Below are positions 1-10,394 of a stretch of 64,000 nucleotides of DNA, in pieces. Each line of letters starts with the position of its first letter. Position 1 is the first letter of the stretch. A program made the position numbers and the translations under genes. The notes beneath the pieces are model-generated. The model saw nothing but the letters and a program-made list of their open reading frames with translations. It searched no databases and was not told the origin of the DNA. This DNA is from Antedon mediterranea (lineage: Eukaryota > Animalia > Echinodermata), in the NCBI RefSeq assembly GCF_964355755.1, contig NC_092675.1:14232912-14296911 (forward strand), given 5' to 3'.

Positions 1-3000
1 TTTTGTGATTTTCGAAAAAACTTGTTAACATAAAAACACCAAAGTGCTTAGAATAGCTTCAACTCGCATTTGGAGACGTTTTAGACCATTTTGTGCATTT
101 CGATGAAACTTGGTTACACAAAAATATCAAAGTGCTTAAAATCACATTATAAATCGTTTTAGACCATTTTGAGCATTTTGATAAAACTTTTTCACACAAA
201 ACACCAAAGTGCTTAGAATAGCTTCAAATCGCATTTGGAGACGTTTTAGACCATTTTGTGATTTTTGAAAAAACTTGTTAACATAAAAACACCAAAGTGC
301 TTAGAATAGCTTCAAATCACATTTGGAGACGTTTTAGACCATTTTGTGATTTTTGAAAAAACTTGTTAACATAAAAACACGAAAGTGCTTAGAATAGCTT
401 CAAATCACATTTGGAGACGTTTTAGACCATTTTGTGATTTTCGAAAAAACTTGTTAACATAAAAACACGAAAGTGCTTAGAATAGCTTCAAATCGCATTT
501 GGAAACGTTTTAGACCATTTTGTGATTTTTGAAAAAACTTGTTAAAATAAAAACACGAAAGTGCTTAGAATAGCTTCAAATCGCATTTGGAAACGTTTTA
601 GACCATTTTGTGATTTTCGAAAAAGATTGTTAACATAAAAACACCAAAGTGCTTAGAATCACATTATAAACCGTTTTAGACCATTTTGAGCATTTCGATA
701 ACAATTTTCACAAAAAAACATCAAAGAGCACAAAATAGCTTAATATCGTATTTAAAAATGTTTTAGACCATTTTGAGAATTTAGATAAAACTTTTTCACA
801 CAAAACACCAAAGTGCTTAGAATAGCTTCAAATCGCATTTGGAGACGGTTTAGACCATTTTGTGATTTTAAAAAAACTTGTTAACATAAAAACACCAAAG
901 TGCTTAGAATAGCTTCAAATCGCATTTGGAGACGTTTTAGACCATTTTGTGATTTTCGAAAAAACTTGTTAACATAAAAACACCAAAGTGCTTAGAATAG
1001 CTTCAAATCGTATTTGGAGACGTTTTAGACCATTTTGAGATTTTCGAAAAAACTTGGTTACACAAAAACATCAAAGTGCTTAAAATCACATTATAAACCG
1101 TTTTAGACCATTTTGAGCATTTCGATAACACTTTTCACACAAAAACCTCAAAGAGCACAAAATAGCTTAATATCGTATTTAAAAACGTTTTAGACCATTT
1201 TGAGCATTTCGACAAAACTTTTTCACACAAAACACCAAAGTGCTTAGAATAGCTTCAAATCGCATTTGGAGACGTTTTAGACCAATTTGTGCATTTCAAT
1301 GAAACTTGATTACACAAAAACATCAAAGTGCTTAAAATCACATTATAAACCGTTTTAGACCATTTTGAGCATTTCGATAACACTTTTCACACAAAAACAT
1401 CAAAGAGCACAACATAGCTTAATATCGTATTTAAAAACGTTTTAGACCATTTTGAGCATTTAGACAAAACTTTTTCACACAAAACACCAAAGTGCTTAGA
1501 ATAGCTTCAAATCGCATTTGGAGACGTTTTAGAACATTTTGTGTTTTTCGAAAAAACCTGTTAACATAAAAACACCAAAGTGCTTAGAATAGCTTCAAAT
1601 CGCATTTGGAGACGATTTAGACCATTTTGTGATTTTCGAAAAAACTTGTTAACATAAAAACACCAAAGTGCTTAGAATAGCGTCAAATCGTATTTGGAGA
1701 CGTTTTAGACCATTTTGTGATTTTCGAAAAAACTTGTTAACATAAAAACACCAAAGTGCTTAGAATAGCTTCAAATCACATTTGGAGACGTTTTAGACCA
1801 TTTTGTGCATTTCGATGAAACTTGGTTACACAAAAACATCAAAGTGCTTAAAATCACATTATAAATCGTTTTAGACCATTTTGAGCATTTCGACAAAACT
1901 TTTTCACACAAAATACCAAAGTGCTTAGAATAGCTTCAAATCGCATTTGGAGACGTTTTAGACCATTTTGTGATTTTCGAAAAAACTTTTTAACATAAAA
2001 ACACCAAAGTGCTTAGAATAGCTTCAAATCACATTTGGAGACGTTTTAGACCATTTTGTGATTTTCGAAAAAACTTGTTAACATAAAAACACGAAAGTGC
2101 TTAGAATAGCTTCAAATCGCATTTGGAAACGTTTTAGACCATTTTGTGATTTTCTAAAAAAATTGTTAACATAAAAACACCAAAGTGCTTAGAATCACAT
2201 TATAAACCGTTTTAGACCATTTTGAGCATTTCGATAACAATTTTCACACAAAAACATCAAAGAGCACAAAATAGCTTAATATCGTATTTAAAAATGTTTT
2301 AGACCATTTTGAGCATTTAGATAAAACTTTTTCACACAAAACACCAAAGTGCTTAGAATAGCTTCAAATCGCATTTGGAGACGTTTTAGACCATTTTGTG
2401 ATTTTTGAAAAAACTTGTTAACATAAAAACACCAAAGTGCTTAGAATAGCTTCAAATCACATTTGGAGACGTTTTAGACCATTTTGTGATTTTCGAAAAA
2501 ACTTGTTAACATAAAAACACGAAAGTGCTTAGAATAGCTTCAAATCACATTTGGAGACGTTTTAGACCATTTTGTGATTTTTGAAAAAACTTGTTAACAT
2601 AAAAACACGAAAGTGCTTAGAATAGCTTCAAATCGCATTTGGAAACGTTTTAGACCATTTTGTGATTTTCGAAAAAGATTGTTAACATAAAAACACCAAA
2701 GTGCTTAGAATCACATTATAAACCGTTTTAGACCATTTTGAGCATTTCGATAACAATTTTCACACAAAAACATCAAAGAGCACAAAATAGCTTAATATCG
2801 TATTTAAAAATGTTTTAGACCATTTTGAGCATTTAGATAAAACTTTTTCACACAAAACACCAAAGTGCTTAGAATAGATTCAAATCGCATTTGGAGACGG
2901 TTTAGACCATTTTGTGATTTTGAAAAAACTTGTTAACATAAAAACACCAAAGTGCTTAGAATAGCTTCAAATCGCATTTGGAGACGTTTTAGACCATTTT

Positions 3001-6000
3001 GTGATTTTCGAAAAAACTTGTTAACATAAAAACACCAAAGTGCTTAGAATAGCTTCAAATCGTATTTGGAGACGTTTTAGACCATTTTGAGATTTTCGAA
3101 AAAACTTGGTTACACAAAAACATCAAAGTGCTTAAAATCCCATTATAAACCGTTTTAGACCATTTTGAGCATTTCGATAACACTTTTCACACAAAAACAT
3201 CAAAGAGCACAAAATAGCTTAATATCGTATTTAAAAACGTTTTAGACCATTTTGAGCATTTCGACAAAACTTTTTCACACAAAACACCAAAGTGCTTAGA
3301 ATAGCTTCAAATCGCATTTGGAGACGTTTTAGACCAATTTGTGCATTTCGATGAAACTTGATTACACAAAAACATCAAAGTGCTTAAAATCACATTATAA
3401 ACCGTTTTAGACCATTTTGAGCATTTCGATAACACTTTTCACACAAAAACATCAAAGAGCACAAAATAGCTTAATATCGTATTTAAAAACGTTTTAGACC
3501 ATTTTGAGCATTTAGACAAAACTTTTTCACACAAAACACCAAAGTGCTTAGAATAGCTTCAAATCGCATTTGGAGACGTTTTAGACCATTTTGTGCATTT
3601 CGATGAAACTTGGTTACACAAAAACATCAAAGTGCTTAAAATCACATTATAAATCGTTTTAGACCATTTTGAGCATTTCGACAAAACTTTTTCACACAAA
3701 ATACCAAAGTGCTTAGAATAGCTTCAAATCGCATTTGGAGACGTTTTAGACCACTTTGTGTTTTTCGAAAAAACCTTTTAACATAAAAACACCAAAGTGC
3801 TTAGAATAGCTTCAAATCACATTTGGAGACGTTTTAGACCATTTTGTGATTTTCGAAAAAACTTGTTAACATAAAAACACGAAAGTGCTTAGAATAGCTT
3901 CAAATCGCATTTGGAAACGTTTTAGACCATTTTGTGATTTTCGAAAAAAATTGTTAACATAAAAACACCAAAGTGCTTAGAATCACATTATAAACCGTTT
4001 TAGACCATTTTGAGCATTTCGATAACAATTTTCACACAAAAACATCAAAGAGCACAAAATAGCTTAATATCGTATTTTAAAATGTTTTAGACCATTTTGA
4101 GCATTTAGATAAAACTTTTTCACACAAAACACCAAAGTGCTTAGAATAGCTTCAAATCGCATTTGGAGACGTTTTAGAACATTTTGTGATTTTTGAAAAA
4201 ACTTGTTAACATAAAAACACCAAAGTGCTTAGAATAGCTTCAAATCACATTTGGAGACGTTTTAGACCATTTTGTGATTTTCGAAAAAACTTGTTAACAT
4301 AAAAACACGAAAGTGCTTAGAATAGCTTCAAATCGCATTTGGAAACGTTTTAGACCATTTTGTGATTTTCGAAAAAAATTGTTAACATAAAAACACCAAA
4401 GTGCTTAGAATCACATTATAAACCGTTTTAGACCATTTTGAGCATTTCGATAACAATTTTCACACAAAAACACCAAAGAGCACAAAATAGCTTAATATCG
4501 TATTTAAAAATGTTTTAGACCATTTTGAGCATTTAGATAAAACTTTTTCACACAAAACACCAAAGTGCTTATAATAGCTTCAAATCGCATTTGGAGACGT
4601 TTTAGAACATTTTGTGATTTTTGAAAAAACTTGTTAACATAAAAACACCAAAGTGCTTAGAATAGCTTCAAATCACATTTGGAGACGTTTTAGACCATTT
4701 TGTGATTTTCGAAAAAACTTGTTACCATAAAAACACGAAAGTGCTTAGAATAGCTTCAAATCGCATTTGGAGACGTTTTAGACCATTTTGTGATTTTCGA
4801 AAAAACTTTTTAACAAAAAAACATCAAAGTGTACAGAATAGCTTCAAATCGCATTTGGAGACGTTTTAGACCAATTTGTGATTTTCGAAAAAACTTATTA
4901 ACATAAAAATACCAAAGTGTTTAGAATAGCTTAAAATCGCATTTGGAGACGTTTTAGACCATTTTGTGATTTTCGAAAAAACTTGTTAACATAAAAACAC
5001 CAAAGTGCTTAGAATAGCTTCAAATCGCATTTGGAGACGTTTTAGACCATTTTGTGATTTTTGAAAAAACTTGTTAACATAAAAACACCAAAGTGCTTAG
5101 AATAGCTTCAAATCGTATTTGGAGACGTTTTAGACCATTTTGTGATTTTCGAAAAAACTTGTTAACATAAAAACACCAAAGTGCTTAGAATTGCTTCAAA
5201 TCGCATTTGGAGACGTTTTAGACCATTTTGTGCATTTCGATGAAACTTGGTTACACAAAAACATCAAAGTGCTTAAAATCACATTATAAACCATTTTAGA
5301 CCATTTTGAGCATTTCGATAACACTTTTCACACAAAAACATCAAAGAACACAAAATAGCTTAATATCGTATTTAAAAACGTTTTAGACCATTTTGAGCAT
5401 TTCGACAAAACTTTTTCACACAAAACACCAAAGTGCTTAGAATAGCTTCAAATCGCATTTGGAGACGTTTTAGACCATTTTGTGATTTTCGAAAAAACTT
5501 GTTAACATAAAAACATCAAAGTGTACAGAATAACTTCAAATCGCATTTGGAGACCGTTTTAGGCCAATTTGTGATTTTCGAAAAAACTTGTTAACCTAAA
5601 AATACCAAAGTGTTTAGAATAGCTTCAAATCGCATTTGGAGACGTTTTAGACCATTTTGTGATTTTCGAAAAAACTTGTTAACATAAAAACACCAAAGTG
5701 CTTAGAATAGCTTCAAATCGCATTTGGAGACATTTTAGACCAATTTGTGATTTTTGAAAAAACTTGTTAACATAAAAACACCAAAGTGCTTACAATAGCT
5801 TCAAATCGTATTTGGAGACGTTTTAGACCATTTTGTGATTTTCGAAAAAACTTGTTAACATAAAAACACCAAAGTACTTAGAATAGCTTCAAATCGCATT
5901 TGGAGACGTTTTAGACCATTTTGTGCATTTCGATGAAACTTGGTTACACAAAAACATCAAAGTGCTTAAAATCACATTATAAACCGTTTTAGACCATTTG

Positions 6001-6676
6001 AGCATTTCGACAAAACTTTTTCACACAAAACACCAAAGTGCTTAGAATAGCTTCAAATCGCATTTGGAGACGTTTTAGACCATTTTGTGATTTTCGAAAA
6101 AACTTGTTAACATAAAAACACCAAAGTGCTTAGAATAGCGTCAAATCGTATTTGGAGACGTTTTAGACCATTTTGTGATTTTCGAAAAAACTTGTTAACA
6201 TAAAAACACCAAAGTGCTTAGAATAGCTTCAAATCGCATTTGGAGACGTTTTAGACCATTTTGTGCATTTCGATGAAACTTGGTTACACAAAAACATCAA
6301 AGTGCTTAAAATCACATTATAAATCGTTTTAGACCATTTTGAGCATTTCGATAAAACTTTTTCACACAAAACACCAAAGTGCTTAGAATAGCTTCAAATC
6401 GCATTTGGAGACGTTTTAGACCATTTTGTGAATTTTGAAAAAACTTGTTAACATAAAAACACCAAAGTACTTAGAATAGCTTCAAATCGCATTTGGAGAC
6501 GTTTTAGACCATTTTGTGATTTTCGAAAAAACTTTTTAACATAAAAACATCAAAGTGTACAGAATAGCTTCAAATCGCATTTGGAGACGTTTTAGACCAA
6601 TTTGTGATTTTCGAAAAAACTTATTAACATAAAAATACCAAAGTGTTTAGAATAGCTTAAAATCGCATTTGGAGAC
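1..6676. repeat. Tandem satellite array, ~88-bp monomer with 78/87-bp variants (block 1)
   Basis: Head-to-tail copies of TTTTGTGATTTTCGAAAAAACTTGTTAACATAAAAACACCAAAGTGCTTAGAATAGCTTCAAATCGCATTTGGAGACGTTTTAGACCA (88 bp, e.g. 1-88 with one substitution), interleaved with a 78-bp variant (89-166) and 87-bp variants (167-253). Confidence 0.99.
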
Positions 6677-7606
6677 CACAGTTGTTTCAACTAGTGTTAA
6701 GATATCAGAAAAAGTCAAGCGCCCTCAGTGTTAGCAGACGAGGCTCCCCCGAGTCGCGCGGACATATAATTTTTGTTTACAAACCATTACTTCGCGAACG
6801 CCAAATTAAATTTCGCTATCGTGAGTTTTTATGTAGTAAAAACCTTTTATACAAAACTAAACGATTAAAAAAAGTGTATGTTCAATTAAAAAATAAATAT
6901 TTTATTGTTTCTTTACTATAAATTAATAAATAAACGACGATATTGTCCATTTTACTGAAATACTCTCCTGCACATAAACCAGGAAGTTGAGATAAATTGT
7001 GTAATGAAATAGTAAGCAATCGTAAGTAGAAAATATCATTGTATTCTTTACTTTTTTTGTGGATATAATTCATTTTTTTAGAAAAAGAACGAACTAGAAT
7101 ATAGTCCATCATTATTATATAAACAAAATAATACTAGTTTTGTTAATATAGCCTGGTTCAGTTTTTAGTAAAACTCGCATATTTTGCAACCCTTTTATAC
7201 ATTGTTATTGTTATCGGCGAGAAAACGGTTTGGCGATAGGCTTAGAAAGTTTGTTGACGCCCGCGATGACCGTGACAGTAATGTGGGCCTAGAATGAAGC
7301 TAGGCCGAAAGATAGAAAATTCGTAATAGTTAAACCTTTAATTACCATAATCCTAAATGTAATCATTATAACTGTTACCAAATAATTAATGGCATGTGTT
7401 TATAATAATAATTATTGCTTTCCTGGTGCATTTTTAGGCTAGCTGGTGGGACTGAGTGACAGTCACAGCCTAGGCTAGGCCTTAATATTAATACATTTTT
7501 ACAGCATACTAATGGTTTAATATTTTGGCTATTAGCTCTCTTGTTTGGATTTGTTTGTACACAAAACTGAAGTACTGTAGATTTAAAAATTGATTTATTT
7601 TTAAAG

Positions 7607-8794
7607 GAAAGTACAGTTGCATCTATTGTTTTTGTAATCAAGATGACATCAGAACCAACAATGTTCCTCAAGCCTGTAGATATCTCAAGGCCTACAAGTC
7701 TTTTGTAGACCATGGCAGTGAACAAAAAGAAGCAAAACAATATCGCACAGCGTTGTTAGACCATACCTGGTAGACATTGAATTAAACAGGGTAGGTAAAT
7801 AATCATAACCACCTCTTTAGAAAGTTTAATACACACTCCAAACAATGAAATGTGTGTTTGTACTTCATATTATTTATTAAAGAACAATGTTAGTATAAAA
7901 TAACTGTCGAAACAAACAATTGTTACAGTAATTTATAAATATACCTCTTTTCTTTATTAAATATTCCCTCAATCAACTATTTTTCCAGGTGTCAATATGT
8001 TATAATATTCAACATGGGACAGGATGCTGACATCTTGACTGGTAAATTCAAATGTTGTTTCAACTTTACATTGACATTACATAATAACTCAATTGGTCAA
8101 GTTGCTCTTTAAATATACATTGTCCCTTTGAGCATAGAATTTCAAAATTGTTTATCCTATTTTTATGCATAATAAAGCAAACCTTTGGCTGGAACTTATT
8201 TTCCTATGAATTATCCATATATTATCATTATCTGCTACAAGAAATAGTTGTTGATTGACATTTATTTGGTTGACCAATATTGTTTAATCGCAGGTGATCA
8301 TCTAGCAGAAAGAGAAAATCAGAAGCTGCAGCACATTGACATGCTACAAAGTACAATGATTAAAATCCAGTCTTTAGAAGAGAATCTTGAGCATTTAAGA
8401 AATGAACTCTCAGTGTCACTTGTGACAAAACAGCATAGTAAGATTGCAGAGACTGGCCACAGAATAAATCTAAAAGAACAAGAGGTCAAAGACTTGGTCA
8501 GTCCTACATTATACACCTTTAAAATTATGTCTAAAACATGCAAATACTATAAAAATTAATGCCATATTTCTTTTATATATTTTATATAGCGAACTACTAT
8601 GAACCAAGAGATTTGAAACTGGACCTCTATGTACAAAAATGGACGAGGTATTTAGAAAAAATAAATTCCTCGACAGCAGTACCATGGAAAAAGTTTTGTG
8701 GGAAATCATGAAGTCACATCTGACGTTTATTTCACCTGAGATCCAGCATGAAGTAACTAGGCCGGTAACTAAGTGGAGAAAAGTTGAGGAATAG
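7607..8794 (+). pseudogene. Decayed, intron-containing Chapaev/Transib/RAG1-core-like DDE transposase (C-terminal half)
   Basis: Exon-like segments with AG/GT boundaries. 7607-7790: GKYSCIYCFCNQDDIRT...YKSFVDHGSEQKEAKQY, frameshift, HSVVRPYLVDIELNR. 7989-8041: VSICYNIQHG/QDADILT. 8294-8496: coiled-coil GDHLAERENQKLQ...EQEVKDL, the core of ORF 8248..8559. 8590-8794: FETGPLCTKMDEVFRKNK, frameshift, PRQQYHGKSFVGNH, then IMKSHLTFISPEIQHEVTRPVTKWRKVEE*. Intron phases 0/1/0 are mutually consistent. Several frameshifts and a large deletion are present. Confidence 0.8.
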
Positions 8795-8952
8795 TTTGCT
8801 ATTTCTCAGTTAATTGTTACAGTATTGCATATTATTATGTACAGTATACTGTATGAATGGTAGTATTTTTGTGTGTTATTGCTAGAACAATGATTTTGAA
8901 AATATTTAACAAATGGTATATGAATTGTAATTGAATTTAATTTTTTGGAAGC

Positions 8953-9862
8953 TATTTAATTTTAATTTGGTTTATATATATTATTGATTGATAACGGAAA
9001 TTGATGTTATTTAGTGATTTAGATTGTGATTGCATATATAATACAATACAAATATGAAAGAAATATGCATTTATAATTAAATATCTAATGTCGCAGTACT
9101 CTATAGCTTCTTTCTATTAATATATTACAGATCTTTGACTAAGACATGCTAGGTAGGCTGCTAGTCTTTAACCTGCTGATGATGTAGCCTAGCCTATATA
9201 GTATAGGCCTAGCTAGGCCTGTAACCTGGCCTACTCTGTACTCCTCTCTCCCAATATGAATGATTATTAAAAAAGCTTAGGCCTAGGCTAGGCCTAATTT
9301 TTAATTAGGACCAGGAACAAGTAATTAATCAGCTTTATAACAGGTCAACTGTCACTCAGGCCCCCGAATAGACATGTTTACGTGTTAAAAATAAACAGTT
9401 ATTTTATTTTAATTTGGTTTATATATTAATAATTATTTATTGATAACGGAAATTGATGTTATTTACTGATTTAGATTGTGATTGCATATCAAAATAATAA
9501 AAATACAATACAAATATGAAAGAAATATGCATTTATGATTAAATATCTAATGTCAAAGTACTCTATAGCTTCTTTCTATTAATATATTACAGATCTTTGA
9601 CTAAGACATGCTAGGTAGGCTGCTAGCCTTTAACCTGCTGATGATGTAGCCTAGCCTATTATATAATATAGGCCTAGCTAGGCCTGTAGCCTGGCCTACT
9701 CTGTACTTCTCTCCCAATATGAATGATTATTAAAAAAGCTTAGGCCTAGACTAGGCCTAATTTTTAATTAGGACCAGGAACAAGTAATTAATCAGCTTTA
9801 TAACAGGTCAACTGTCACTCAGGCCCTCCGAATATACATGTTTACGTGTTAAAAATAAACAG
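8953..9862. repeat. Direct tandem duplication (~450 bp x 2) inside element 1
   Basis: About 8953-9398 and about 9400-9862 share long near-identical stretches (GATAACGGAAATTGATGTTATT...CAGATCTTTGACTAAGACATGCTAGGTAGGCTGC...CATGTTTACGTGTTAAAAATAAACAG) with a few SNPs and indels. Confidence 0.95.
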
Positions 9863-10129
9863 CCATTAGTCTTACACAGCTGGTTTTAACCACGCAAGGG
9901 AGCCTGGGCATAGCCTATTATAAGCTAGCATAGGAAAAAATCCAGCCAGGCAATATGAATACGATGCTTGTTAAAACATTCAAGGATAACTAAAGTATCC
10001 AACTAAATCAAAGAATTCAACAGAAAAAATTATTTTTAAACTGATATGGAAAACAACATTTATACCTACTTTTTTAAATGTATCGCTTGAGAAAAAAACT
10101 GGCGTTGGGTGTACAATTTTCAATTACAT

Positions 10130-10250
10130 TACCTCTTAAAATCCACGTGATAAAACGACGACCACATGTTTTTCACCTTCATCCAGAGTTGTTCTAATGA
10201 ATATTCATTATTTTTCTGACTTTCGCGGTCTTTATTTGTTTTTATTGGCT
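10130..10250 (-). promoter_or_regulatory. Putative inward-facing promoter module of element 1 (CCAAT + ATGAATATTCAT palindrome + downstream splice donor)
   Basis: ATTGG at 10244-10248 (CCAAT on -), 16-bp palindrome TAATGAATATTCATTA at 10195-10210, and AG|GTAATG donor at 10132 on -. The module recurs at the same offset in elements 3 and 4. Confidence 0.55.
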
Positions 10251-10394
10251 ATTAAAAACAGTCGTTTTATGCTTGATTGCTTCCGGGTTTCCTCATGTGG
10301 TTTGTATACAATATGTTTTCGGAATCGCTACTCCATAAAACGCTATGAAACGTTGGGGGCGCTGCACTTAATTCATATTTCTGGAACAGCTGTG

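Larger units (their letters stand above)
6677..10394 (+). mobile_element. Non-autonomous Chapaev-like (CMC/Transib-RAG1-related) DNA transposon, 3.7 kb (element 1)
   Basis: Termini CACAGTTGTTTCA ... TGGAACAGCTGTG (11/13 inverted match) with 4-bp TSD AGAC (6673-6676 and 10395-10398). The empty site GGAGAC/GTTTT is seen in paralogous monomers. Contains decayed transposase exons on the + strand. CAC..GTG ends with a 4-bp TSD are the described Chapaev signature. Confidence 0.88.

Noticed and set aside
10-27. CENP-B box in the monomer (TTCGAAAAA...)
   Set aside because: It has TTCG and the A but lacks the required CGGG.
6719-6733. CTCF site in the subterminal GCGCCCTC block
   Set aside because: Only the GC half matches in elements 1 and 4. 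The fixed distance from the terminus fits a transposase-binding site better, although element 3 (GAGCCCTCTATCGG) is a closer match.
6682-7740. ORFs 6682..6921, 6882..7112 and 7375..7740 as genes
   Set aside because: Short AT-rich frames with no recognisable motifs. The first overlaps the TIR and the last is antisense to the transposase exon.
8248-8709. ORF 8248..8559 as a stand-alone CDS, and antisense ORFs 8319..8543 and 8509..8709
   Set aside because: Only 8294-8496 looks exonic and it belongs to the pseudogene; the flanks are intron read-through. The antisense ORFs are shadows.
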